DNA of 64,000 nucleotides from Podarcis gaigeae (lineage: Eukaryota), in NCBI GenBank assembly GCA_964106915.2, contig OZ066915.1; one strand, 5' to 3'. Both the position numbers and the translations under genes were made by a program. Below, one piece after another: positions 50,369 through 62,750 of the stretch. The notes beneath the pieces were generated by a model. The model did not search any database. It was not told the DNA's origin and saw nothing but the letters and a program-made list of their open reading frames with translations. Within the stretch, counting starts at the first letter, position 1. Every line of letters starts with the position of its first letter.

Positions 50369-53300
50369 ATCTCAGTCAAACCTCACCAGGGCTAGGACCG
50401 AGAGAGGGACGAGTGCATGCTTGACCTGCAGGTGCAGAAACACCAGCCCTTCTCAGTGTTTCTTTCTTAGCAACTTCCCACACAAAGCCATCCAAATGGT
50501 TTGCAATTGGCCCATGTTTTGTGCAAGTTGTTTGATGGAAGAGATGCTCATTTTCATAAGGTATCTTAAACAGTACTTTCTATTAGCAAAACACCAGATT
50601 TTGACATCTGTCTCTCTTTTTGACTGAACAGACATATTTTATACAAGTAAAAAACTACTGGGAAGGGTATAAAAAAAGAATTAGGACCACACTTCACACA
50701 TTACACCAGCATTCCAAAACCTGGTACAATCCAGATACTACTGGAGCAGACTAGGGACTACACTGCATTCCTCCAAATACTACTACTACAGTATATGGAA
50801 TAGGTAGGCTCATAGAATACTGGGTAGAAAACTTTTGTATTTTCTGATCCAAACAGTTACCAAATAAGAAGCATTTCCTATGCACCTCTCCCAGGGACCT
50901 CTTCTCAGTGTTATTCTTTCCTGGATTCTTCTAGATTTATAGGGTTTAGCAAATGAACCCCTTTCTATAAAATACATGCAAGGACAATACATACAATAAA
51001 AGAATCTGTTTGGAGCTGCAATGTTTTCATTGAGGAAAATGGTGTGATATTTTATTTTTAAAAAATGTATCGCAAACAAACCACTCTGGGGGGGGTCTTA
51101 CCAGTTTACTGATTTGAGCACAAAGCTTCACAGCTATTTGTTTTTGTAAAGAATCCAAGCCAATATACCTTTCCAAAAAACAGCACTTTTGTTCCTCAGC
51201 TGTTGAAGATGATGCAGCCCAGACATCTTAGAATTAAGTAGCAGGGTGCATTTTCCCAGCACTCAAACCATAATGTTTTGTTGCTAGAAAAATGCAATTT
51301 TCTCCAGCTAGCACTTCCCTAGCAATGCTCTGCGGACTATGACTGCCTGAATGGATAGTGCCTGCAATATTACTAGCCTAGTGACAAGTAGCAACTCCCA
51401 CGCCACCAGCACCCAAACCATAGTTTGTACCTTTAAAAAATGGTTGCATGCATGTGTACATGTGTGTGTGTGCATACATACACACACAGAGAGAGAGAGG
51501 TCTCCATTATAACCTTTTTCTGTGCTTTTTCGCTCCCCACTGTTGGACACAGAGAGCTGTACATCTGGCCTCACATGGCGGGGGGGTTATATGAATGTTC
51601 TTAATATTGGCATGTGTCTGAGCATTCACAATCCTAGCTTCACTGTTAAAGTATCTCCCACCCGAAAGCCAAATCATACAGTGACTTCATTTTGTTGAAA
51701 AACAGTTGTTTGAATCAGCCGTGAGTTATCAGAGCTGTGCATTCATGTCCTTTATCCCAGTTCCTCATGCCAGTTTTTCCCACCCTTGGCTTCCACCAAC
51801 ATCACCAGTGTCATTGCAACAGGAAACCACATCCCATGATGCTGCCTTGTGTCACATAGCAGGAGAAGCTCACACACAAGACTTTGTTTCAAAAAATGAA
51901 CCACGTAGAACATGTTTTTTTTTCTATCAGCAAAGCTAGGCTTCAGAAGGTTGGAGGCACCCAGAGCAAAGCTTCCAGATCTTAGCATCTGAGTAGGTAC
52001 ACATGGGGGAAAAGATTGTCATTCAGGTACCCACAACCCAAGTCATGCCTCTGAACATGCACAGCTGACTTTCCCTTCCCATTCAGGAGCCACCGCCTGC
52101 ACTAAACAGCTGGGATTAAGGGACCTGACTTTCAGGTGAGAAGGGTGTAGTTCAGCCAAAGCTTGAATCCCACTACTTCTAACTAAACCACAGTGAATTC
52201 TCAGGATTGTTTGTTCCACTTTAGCCTCCACAAAACCATCACACTTTATGATGACTTTTAAACAAAGCTTAAAAGAGCCCCAGCTAATGACTAATTTTCA
52301 ACAGGGGGCATTTTCTAAGTCAAACAAGGACTAACAACATGAACTCTTCCCACTGATTCTGGCACAAACCTAGCAAAGGGCTCCAAAACAGTGTAGATGG
52401 AGACAGAACCGCTTGCCAGAGTTATTCCCTCATTTAGCTCAGATTTCAATCCTGTGCAAAGCCAAGACACAAAAGGGAGTGAAGTGTTAACTGACCCTGC
52501 ACACACAGGATACAACAGTATGAAAGGTTTACTTATGTGGTCACTTGCCTTGCCGCTACAATCCCTTGACTCTCTTCAACCCTGGGCCAGTTTGTAATTT
52601 CAAGGCCAAAGTGAAAGATGAAAATTGAACATACAGCATATTAAAATATGATTCCCTTCTCCAGGGCACTGAGGACCCCACATCATCCTTTGGTGCTCCA
52701 CTTCCACACCTGTTCACTGTGCAGGAGTTCACTACACAGGGAATAAATGCAGTACACTTGCAGACAGTGGTCCACGCATACTGCTTATCACTGAGCAAGA
52801 GAATCCCTGGACTACCTATCTTGCCATTTTGGGCAGCCACAGTGGTATATCATTGTGTAACGAATGAGTCACCCCAATATCCCACCAATAATGTGGCAAA
52901 ACAAACACGCATATTTGCTAAGGTGAGCGTGCCGGCAGCATATAGGAAACAACTGATCTCTTAGATGCCTGGCAAGCAAAACTATTTTGAAAATCTGTCC
53001 CCCCCCCCCCAATCCATATATAAAACTGATACCCACTGAAAACAACAGCAGCTCTCAGCAAATAGATGGGTGCTGGCAGAAGTTCCAATTCCCAAGCTGT
53101 CTCCTTCAGTACTGGAATGAGACATTATGCTTCGCAAGAGAGATGTGCAACTATGGGAGGTGACAGTAGCTATAAAAAGTCCTGACAGTTTTCAGAAGAG
53201 CAAAATTTACATTGGCTGCTGCTTCTTTGCATAAGTGATTTCCCAAAGCCATCAGTCAAAGAAACATCAACCATCCAATAATGTCCAAATAACCCTTTGC

Positions 53301-53496
53301 AAGATATTAATGATGTGCAGGTGTCACCATTCCAGGATCAAATGCAAACAACAACAGTGAGCCATACTAGGTCAACTCACTATTCAACCCTAGGCTTGGC
53401 ATGCAGACAACTATCAGCTGATACGTTAAGTCCATTTTTAAAAATGGTATAATATACTGAAATTTTACAAAATTTCAGGAGTAAAGGAACATAAGA

Positions 53497-54160
53497 TTTA
53501 TGGGGGACTCCCTGGTCCTGAATGGGGCAACTGTAACCCTGAAGGAGCAGGTGCGCAGCCTGGGAGTTATTTTGGACTCACAGCTGTCCATGGAGGTGCA
53601 GGTCCATTCTGTGCCCAGGGCAGCTGTCTACCAGCTCCATTTGGTACGCAGGCTGAGACCCTATCTGCCTGCAGACTGTCTCGCCAGAGTGGTGCATGCT
53701 CTGGTTATCTCCCGCTTGGACTACTGCAATGCGCTCTACGTGGGGCTACCTTTGAAGGTGACCCAGAAACCACAATTAATCCAGAATGCGGCAGCTAGAC
53801 CGGTGACTGGGAGCAGCCACCGAGACCACATAACACCGGTCTTGAAAGACCTACATTGACTCCCAGTATGTTTCCAAGCACAATGCAAAGTGTTGGTGCT
53901 GACCTTTAAAGCCTTAAACGGCCTCAGCCCAGTATACCTGAAGGAGCATCTCCACCCCCATCTTTTGGCCTGGACACTGAGGTCCAGCGCCAATGGCCTT
54001 CTGGAGGTTCCCTCACTGCAAGAAGCAAAGTTACAGGGAACCAGGCAGAGGGCCTTCTTGGTATTGGCTCCCGCCCTGTGGAACGCCCTCCCATCAGATG
54101 TCAAAGGAATAAAGCCCTGTTTAAGGAAGTTTTTAATATTTAATATTTTATATTATTATT
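53497..54160 (+). mobile_element. L2 LINE ORF2 3' fragment
   Basis: VRSLGVILDSQL..LVISRLDYCNALYVGLP..IQNAAAR..HITPVLKDLH*LPV..TFKALNGLSPVYL..RAFLVLAPALWNALP; one W>stop; followed by (TAG)n. Confidence 0.92.
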
Positions 54161-54815
54161 AGTAGTAGTAGTAGTAGTAGTACTGCAATCTTATTGCTGT
54201 TTGTTAAGGAGCAAGACCCAACAAACACAATAGGACATCTGCAGATAAACATGTGTAGGGTTGCATTGCATTAACAACATATAGTAAATTAAGGACAGGT
54301 GGTGAAATAAGGTTATGTGTCACTTTCAAATTATAGGCTGCTGCAGAAGCTAAGATGTCTCTCCAGAGAAGGCCAAATCCACACACTGCCTTCCTTTTTC
54401 TCTGCACACCAAGAGGCCTGGTGTCACCACAACACGTACCAGGGAGCCTACTGCTCCTTCCATGGGCTGCCAGCAGCACCACAGCCAAGTAGCAGCAGGG
54501 ACAGGGGGTGGTTGGGCCTATGCAGTCATCTTAAGCTTTCAGCCCATGAAGTTGTACTCACCTCATGAGAACTCACCATATGACATACATACATCCTGGA
54601 TAGGGGCAGCATAATTTAGTGGCACTGGTGAGCACAGATATGCCATATGAGTTCAGGGCTCTGCTCAGCACCTCCTCCCATTAACTACTAAGTGAAATCA
54701 AGGGCAGCTTGCCCAGGACACCCTGCCCCCAAGCCTGCAGCTGGGCCTGCAGGTTAGTTCCCTTCTTCACCTAAGGTGCATAAGAGAAAACTGCAATTCA
54801 GCAGGACCCTGTTTA

Positions 54816-55132
54816 AAGGTAAAGGGACCCCTGACCATTAGGTGCAGTCGTGACCGACTCTGGGGTTGAGGCGCTCATCTCGCTTTATTGGCCGAGGAAG
54901 CCAGCGTACAGCTTCCGGGTCATGTGGCCAGCTCTTGGAAACGGCGTTTACCTTCCCGCCGGAGCGGTACCTATTTATCTACTTGAACTATGACGTACTT
55001 TCGAACTGCTAAGTTGGCAGGAGCAGGGACTGAGCAACAGGAGCTCACCCCATCACGGGGATTCAAACCGCCGACCTTCTAATCGGCAAGTCCTAGGCTC
55101 TGTGGTTTAACCCACAGCACCACCCACGTCCC
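54816..55132 (-). mobile_element. Sauria SINE with internal deletion
   Basis: 13-bp TSD AGGACCCTGTTTA at 54803-54815 and 55135-55147. Confidence 0.93.
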
Positions 55133-58100
55133 ATAGGACCCTGTTTAGGTGCATGTACCGGTAATTACATGTTATGTGCACTGAACACTAAAGGTACTTT
55201 CATTTCAAGGATGTAGGGCACGCGGACCTGATGCTCACCACATGTTCTCATAGCATTGAACCATGGTTTGGCCTTGTGTCTGAACACAGCAGCTGTAGGA
55301 CAAACACGTTTTACTAGTGAATCTTTCAACTCACCTCAGAACAGGCTTTGTCAGAGCAGGTGGAACACAGTCATTGTCTATGTGCAACAGTGGGAGAGAA
55401 GACTTCACGTAGAGAACGAGACTTGTAAGTGTTAACGCTGCCAGGCTGCATGTCACGTTTGCAGACGTCTTTGTAACACTGAGTTGGTATGCCAACAGGC
55501 CTGGTGCTTGTAGTCAGCTGTAACTCTCCAATGGTTTGACTTCACCTCCGAAGGCACACTCTTCCATTGTCTCCCAAGACAGACAGATGCCAACAAAAAA
55601 AAACTAACTTGTAAGAGTATGAGTGTTACAGAAAAGACCTAGTTTTCATCTGCATAATGTTGGAAGAACATTAAGCCTTGCTCCCTTCTTCTGTTTCCAG
55701 ATATTTTTACAAGATACTCCCTGCTCTCATGAGGGCTAGAAATTTATATAAACAGATATCTAGGATTATCATATTTCTGCCATAGGCATCACATTCTTCC
55801 TGCAAGCCAGGTGCCAAGTTGCTCCTCACAATTTTGATTCAGCTACTGTTCACCTCATCAACTAAGAGCCTGGGTTCCTGATATTTGCCCTTGAACCAAG
55901 TCCAGTTACTAATATTTGGCAGAGGAAATTCCCACCACCCCAGATTTCTTGCTATACATTCCTCCTTCTGTCCAATACCCTAGTTCTTTGATGCAAATCA
56001 AATTATGTATGAATTTGGAGGCCTTATAGCATGAGTAGGGTTATGGTCATTATTACCCTGTCATCTCAAACAGGCCTAACAGGAATGAAGTCATTGAGAG
56101 CAATTACACTCTGATGGGGAAACAAACAACACATAAGAACCACTTCAGAAACAGCGCCAGCCTGGAGCAGTAATAAGGAGATACATATTACTGCCACAGC
56201 AAAAGGGTTTTAAGCTTCAAAAACAGGAAAGGGAGTGAACAGTCCGTGTACACCAAAATATTCGGAAAAGTGCCCTTCATATGCAAAAGAACCTATGTAC
56301 TTTCTTAAGTATCCCTTACAACTTGGATCTCAAGGTGATTAAATATATGGGGTGGTGTGTATGTGTGTGTGTATGTGCTTTAAATCAAACACTGTATAAA
56401 GCTACAACTGTTTCAGCATTTACCAGAGAGAGCTCTATTTCAAATATACATGTTTCTGCAAACTGTAAACAGCTAAAGGTTCTAAGGTTGCATTCCAAAA
56501 AAACAAACACCCCACTCCAAGGGTTTGTTAAACACACCAATGATCTTTTCTTCATAGTAATTGTGCAGAAGACATTTATTTCACTGCATGGATGCAAGCA
56601 CAAAAATAAGCAAAGAAAAAAGAATGGAATTTCTGAACTTGGGTTGAGAAGGCAAAGCCAAACTGTGTATGGATGAAATTTCTCTTTTCCACTTCATCAC
56701 TGTGCATGTCCCAACCAGCAGTTTGTTACTTGCAGGATACATCTCCAAATGCCAATGGGACAGCATCCATGTGGCTTTCCCCCATATCAGCTGGATTGAG
56801 GCACATATGAGAAGACAGCCTCCCACGACTCTGAAGAGCAGGCACAGCAACTTTGTCTAGACTAGATTACATGTAGCAAGGAAAACCCTTTGAATCATTT
56901 TTTAGGTGGCAGCAATGCCAACAGCACATTTCTCCACAAAAAGGTAGAAAATTGGGGAAGGACCGTGTGGCAGAAATGCACATATTTGAGTATTTGCTCT
57001 ACAAAACGACAGGCTTTATTACAAAAAATACACACCAGAACTCTTCTCCACAGCTTGGCCAACCAATTCAAGGTCCTTATTAGCAAACCTAGTGCAAGAG
57101 GACTGTACAGTACTGACAATACAAGCTGGAATGTTCAGGATGCAACTGTTATTGTGCTGGAAGCTTTTGACTCACCTGAGCCCGACTTCCAATATTCTAC
57201 CGGAACACCTGTTCACAAATACCTTTTTCAAGTCATTGGTAGCATACTGACTGCCAAAGAGAATAAAGGACCTACCCTTTAAACAGTTTCAAAAAGATTC
57301 TCTGTCAAGTTTCCTGGAGGGGATCCTGATTCTAATTCACCACAGGTGACCACACAAGTGGTTATTTACACCCTGTTCTAAATTACCCCCACTATACTTG
57401 CCCTTCTCCTTGTGTGCTTACACAGCAGACAGGAAAACAAAGCGACATACTTTCTAATATCTACAGAGCCCTCCCTAAAAAAGCACACACATTGACCACC
57501 ATTATATTTTATCCCTAGGAAAATACTGCAAACTGTATGATGACCAATTAATCTGCATTTTGCAGTCAGAAGAAATCAAATATATTCATCTATCATTTTA
57601 TTTTATTTGGCTTGTCTAGTCCGATCATAGAGGCCTAGCAAATATTGCATTTCTTGGCAGCAGAGTTTGGCATTTTTGGTGATACATCCACAGATCCCTT
57701 AAGAACAACACAGATGGGAAATTTGTGGTGCTGAAAGTTTACTTGGAAATACTTAGGATTCTGAAAACCATATGTCAAAGCACAATCCTGACAGATTGTT
57801 TGTGCCATAGATGCTTACAAAGCATCATTAAAGATGGTGTATAGACACAACATCTGGCACATCTCCTAACTGGAATCCAGGGTGTCACTAGACTGCCCCA
57901 TACCAAGCTTAAAGCTTTGCCAACAGCCTTCCTAAGCAATAAATGACAACACCAAATTAATAAACATGTAAGTGATGATCCTGGCTCAGCTGTGCAATGG
58001 GACCATATTACATCAATACCATTCAGTTGCACTTGGGCAGCAGAGCACATTCTAGAACCAAATTGCATTGAGCTGAGCTGATTATTTAAGAAATAAATCC

Positions 58101-58419
58101 CGCCAAAGTAAAAGTTCAAGCACATTGATTGGCATATATGTCACATGTGCTTAGAATATCTTTAAACAGAGGGCTCTTCTCTTCGCTCATCATTGGTGTG
58201 GTCTACCAAAGTTTCCTCTTATGTAAACATTGCTATCTTCCAATAAAAGGCTGGAGACAGTAAATTTATGATTAGTATAGAATAATCTGTTTGGGTTTTT
58301 ATATTTTTTAAAAAATATATTCATTCATCATACTCAACCACAGGGAAACATGGTATGCAGGCAGCAATCCTGTCAGGAAAAAAAGAATCCACATCTGGCT
58401 GGAAATATGGTGAAGAAGC

Positions 58420-58615
58420 GGCCCATTTTCACAGGCAGCTTTTGACATTAATCCATCAAGATCAGTGTTGTCAAGATGTGCTCTTAGCTGGTAGCAGCTC
58501 AGCAAGGTTTTTCAGGTGATGGAATTGCCCAGCCCTACCTAGAGATGCCATGGATTGAACCTGAGACCTTCTGTTTACCAATGAAGGGTTCCACCACAGA
58601 GCTGCAGCCCTTCCC
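58420..58615 (-). mobile_element. Squam3-like tRNA SINE, degenerate
   Basis: GGGAAGGGCTGCAGCTCTGTGGTGGAAC..CAGAAGGTCTCAGGTTCAATCCATGGCATCTCTAGGTAGGGCTGGG. Confidence 0.75.
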
Positions 58616-59279
58616 ACTGGGTTGAGGGGGAGGGAATGAGTAAGTTACTCATCTCATCATGCGCCGAAATGGGTCTTCAGCAGAGCATGTTTCTCACCCA
58701 TGGTTCATACATGGAACAAACACTTCATGGGGAAAGCAGCCCACCTACACACCTTGGGGAAACAAAGCTTAAGAATGTGGAGAGCTCTTGTGAGGTGGAA
58801 ACCACACAGTGGAAGAAATAGGCAGCTCCTCTTCACGCTGGAGATGCAGTTAAGAGGATCCCACCATACTGCTGGCCATACTGCTTGTAAATAAGAGACA
58901 CCCACAGAACAGGCACTCTGGTTACCTATACCAAAGGGAGCATCTTCACAGCACCCCACAAACACTGCACACATCACACAACAGCAGCAGCTCTACACAC
59001 TGCACAAGAGGCTGCACCACTCTGCAACCCACACCGCCTCCACATGCCACTTCCAAGGGAACCCCTTCGCCCAAGTTCCACGGCGAGGGCCACCAGGCAG
59101 GATGCACGCCTCCCTCGCTGCAAGGCAGTCAGCCAGCCAAGCTCAAAACACCTCACGCAAACCCGTGATCAATAATAATAATAATAATAGCAGCAACAAC
59201 AATCAAGTAACCCCACGCCGGCACCTCATGGAAGCACCCCAACAATTCCCCCAACCAACACTCTTCAGATCCCCACAAG

Positions 59280-60280
59280 GTGAAGAAACCCGTCGCAGGG
59301 GCGCCTAACAGCCACCGCAGAGCAAACTTGGCAAGACCCGAACTCGGGTCCAGCGCCTTCTCCCCTCCACATGCCACAGTCTGCCCACTGCCCTACGGGG
59401 CAGCCCTGTTGCCATCACCCGAGCCCACCGCCGCCCTCCCCACACACCCCCTGGCTGGACTGCAGAGCGCCCGCCCTCCCCCCTGCCCTGCCCTGCCCCT
59501 CACCTCGATCAGCTGGACGTAGCTGGCCGGGAACCAGCCGCGGAGCCCTTCGGCGGTCTCCCCTTCCCACCAGCCGCCGTCGGGCCCCGCCTGCAGGACT
59601 GTGAGCAGCTCCCCCGCCGCGAAGCGCAGCCCGTGCCGGTGCCTCTCCCCGGAGAAAGGGTACAGGGTCCTGCAGCGCGCGCCCAGCACCGGCAGCGCCC
59701 GCTCCTGCCCGGGCGGCGGCATCCCCTCGCCAGCCAGCCAGCGACTTGCCTAACTAACTCGGCTCTGGCCGCCACAGGTGCTGCTGAGCCGAGCGCCTCT
59801 GGCTGCCGGGAGCGAGCCTGCCTGCCTGCCTGCCTGCTCGCCTGGCCCCCCTCGCGTCCCTCCCTGTCAGCCCGGCCGGCGGATTGGCCGCCTCGCTTCC
59901 CCGCACCGCCCCCTGGGACAGGCGGACCGCCGCCGCGCCCGCCCTCTCACACGCGCACGCACACCGGAGTCCCAGCCAAGGCTGCACGCCCTCTCTGCAC
60001 GCGCGGAGAGGGGGACGGGACGGGACGGGGCAGCGGCGCCTCCGCCTCTTCTTCGCCCCCGTTGTTTCTCCCCGCCGCCCCTGGCAAACACGAGCAGGAT
60101 TTTTGCGCTTCTTCGCCGCCCACTTGCATTGTATCGGTAGGAATCCGGCGTCGGACTTACCGGTGAAATGGTTGTGATATACACCGAAAAGGGGGGAGGA
60201 GGGTGTTGAAGCACAAAATGCGTGTGAATTCATCGAACACGTGTGTCATGCAGGCACGCTTTCCGGGTGCGTGGTGAGTT
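59280..60280 (-). promoter_or_regulatory. CpG island / GAS7 promoter
   Basis: Abrupt GC- and CpG-rich segment spanning exon 1 in otherwise CpG-poor DNA. CCAAT on the minus strand at 59883-59887; GC boxes (CCGCCC) near 59906 and 59939. Confidence 0.85.
59504..59722 (-). CDS. GAS7: GAS7 coding exon 1 (SH3 domain), 73 codons, phase-0 end
   Basis: Translates MPPPGQERALPVLGARCRTLYPFSGERHRHGLRFAAGELLTVLQAGPDGGWWEGETAEGLRGWFPASYVQLIE, matching the recalled human GAS7 N-terminus (MSGARCRTLYPFSGERHGQGLRFAAGEL...GWFPASYVQLLE). In-frame TAG 10 codons upstream of the ATG; donor GAG|GTGAGG at 59503. Confidence 0.96.
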
Positions 60281-61172
60281 GGGCAGACCTAGTTTGGTGC
60301 CACTACAGATAGTAAAACTACCCACCCCGCCGCCAAAATTGCATCATTAAATTAAAACATAGTCAGTACATGTAAAATTTAAAGACTCTGTAGCAGTCAT
60401 TGAACAGCGGGACCCCTGCATAAAATTGTTTTTCTCTGCCAGACAGCAAAAATAAAAAAATATAATTAAAATGAGTAAAGATATTTCCCATAGTGTGGCT
60501 ATACTTCCTCTAATGGCTATGAGATGCCAACAAGAACTATTGATGAGAATGTTTATGATTTTTATGGATAATGAATTTTCATACTATTTTGTGCATGGGT
60601 TTTGTTTGAAACTTTGTGTGTTCCCATGGCTATGGAAATAAAGTTAACTCACAATAAAACAGAAATTAACTCCCTAGGCAACTAGGATAACTACAAAAGA
60701 ACTCCCTAAATAAGCCTTGCTCTGGTACTAGCAACAGGTAAGTTTCAAGATAGGCACACCTCAGAAGGAACCCCTATGTTGAGAAACCCTGGAGAATTTC
60801 ATTGCACCCATGGCTCACGGCACTTTGTCACTATTTTCAGATGCAATTCAGTCACGTCCCCAAAAATTCCGGTTGTGCAGTTCTCTTGCACAACGAAAAC
60901 ACTTCCCCCCACAAAATCAGACATTTTGCAATAAGGAAAATGGTCAGAAAATGTACTGAGAAGTACAGGGTGACATTTGCTTGACATAACATCATCTAAC
61001 TTTCCAGCGAACAAATCAGAATAAATGCTTGATAAATAGCTGGCACTGTCTAACTTACTCACAAATTTTGTGCCAACAAATTAGGGTGAATCTTCAATGA
61101 ACACATCAGCTGTAAGCAACCCTACTTCTGAGCTTCCCATTGGCATCTAGCTGGTTACTAGAACATGCATCT

Positions 61173-61621
61173 TGTTCTACTGGGGTGGGAGGTGCAGTTT
61201 GACTGTATGATGCCTGAGCCCCTTCAGGCAAGAGCCACAATGTCCCCTAAGCAGGATCCTTTGCATAAGAAAGGAAGTGGCTCTGTGCTAGGGGGCAAAT
61301 GGGTGGGCCTCCTCCCTCACCTGGCTGGTGGTGAGAAAGACTATTGTGTGAGCTGGGCTAGAAGTAGAAACAGGCAAAAGCCAGAGAGTGAGAGCCATGT
61401 TTGAATTCTGCTGTGACTATGGGAGAAGCAAGGCCTTCTGGGGTGTTGATGGTGTGAGCCCCTCCATTGTAGGCTCAGATTGCATATATGTGTAAATAAG
61501 CCATAATCATAAACACACCAGCATCTCCGTTGTCCCTCATTCCAAGGAAACTGAACCCTGGATAAGTGTTTGGAGCCCCTAGTATCTTGCAACGCTTGGG
61601 AGAGTGGGGTGGCATGGAACT
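61173..61621 (+). mobile_element. Possible solo LTR splitting an older SINE-like repeat
   Basis: Flanks at 61135-61163 and 61622-61665 read as two halves of one older repeat. The insert starts TGTT and has TGTAAATAAG near 61490, but no clean TSD. Confidence 0.35.
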
Positions 61622-61988
61622 AATACTGGTTGGGCCTTTGGTCTGTTCCAGCAAGGCTCTTCTTAGGCCTCATACACACTACCTCTTTAAAGCCCATTTA
61701 AAGCACCTTCTTTCCCTCAAAGAATCCCGGCCACTGTATGGTTTACCCCTCACAGAGCTATGATTCCCAGCAGCCCTTAACAAACTACCATGCCCAGAAT
61801 TCCGGGGGGGGGGGAATGAATATGTCTCAAGTGTGCTTTACAGGTACAGCTGTAAACAGAGTGTACACAACCCCAGTGTGGCTGAAGTAGTTTGAAAATA
61901 CATTCACTGAATTCTGAGGTATTTGTTTTCAGATCACAGACTGTATGCTCAGGCAAGTCCTTGTCGTTACCCTAATACAAAATATGTA

Positions 61989-62214
61989 CAGTGGTACCTC
62001 GGGTTACATACGCTTCAGGTTACAGACTCCGCTAATCTAGAACTAGTGCTTCAGGTTAAGAACTTTGCTTCAGGTTGGAAACAGAAATCGTGCTCCTGCG
62101 GCGTGGCGGCAGCGGGAGGCCCCTTTAGCTAAAGTGGTGCCTCAGGTTAAGAACAGTTTCAGGTTAAGTACAGACCTCCAGAACGAATTAAGTACTTAAC
62201 CCAAAGTATCACTA
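61989..62214. mobile_element. Tigger-like MITE (~230-bp family)
   Basis: TA|CAGTGGTACCTCGGGTTA ... TAACCCAAAGTATCACTA|TA. Confidence 0.9.
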
Positions 62215-62234
62215 TATAAGCTATTATTATTATT

Positions 62235-62750
62235 ATGGGGTAAGATGATCCAGCAAATAAACTGTTCCCAAGCTGTTAAGGGCTTTATTTACTGTAACAG
62301 AAAATAACTGTTGCCCAGGAGCAAATCAGCAACCAGTGCAGATCTCTGGATAATCATTGGTGGAGGAAGAGGGGGTTGGGGGAGTGCACCGCCCCCAGCA
62401 GTATGATCCCATTGGGGTTCCATCGCAGCTACCCCCCCACCCGCACTGGGCGCCCTGCCCCCCACCCAGTGCGCACCCCACCCCAGAATGCGTTCAACCC
62501 CCCCCCCCCTGTGGGCGATGCACCAGTCCCCCAGAACATGTGCCATGCCCCTGCAGGCAGTGTGCCACGCCCCCCACCTGCTCTCCGCCCCCGGTGCCGG
62601 AGCATGAAGCTCCGCCACTGGGGATAATGTGCTGATCTCACTCCTGTCAGCAGCTGTGCTTCAGCATTCTGCACTAACTGCAGTTTCAAGGAGTGCCCTT
62701 CACAGAGTGCAATGCAGTAGTCCAACCTCAGAAGTCACCAGTGCCAGAGC
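62235..62750 (-). mobile_element. Old L2 fragment interrupted by the hAT MITE
   Basis: LDYCIALCEG..KLQLVQNAEAQLLTGV on the right side and RDLHWLLIC on the left side of the insertion. Confidence 0.7.
62355..62620. mobile_element. GC-rich hAT-type MITE
   Basis: TIRs CATTGGTGGAG / CTCCGCCACTG; 8-bp TSD TGGATAAT / GGGATAAT. Confidence 0.75.

Larger units (their letters stand above)
226..59503 (-). other. GAS7: GAS7 intron 1 (~59.3 kb, GT-AG)
   Basis: Lies between the two in-frame exons above, with canonical GT...AG ends. Confidence 0.9.

Noticed and set aside
59393-59503. Extension of the SH3 ORF beyond YVQLIE (VRGRAGQGG...)
   Set aside because: Read-through into intron 1 past a canonical GT donor; homology continues in exon 2.
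59504-59722. Other SH3 proteins (ARHGEF6/7, SH3KBP1) as the identity
   Set aside because: The GARCRTLYPFSGE signature and the following in-frame WW exon fit GAS7 specifically.
59633-60233. Long GC-rich ORFs on both strands in the CpG island
   Set aside because: Expected from stop-codon scarcity in GC-rich DNA; low-complexity translations.
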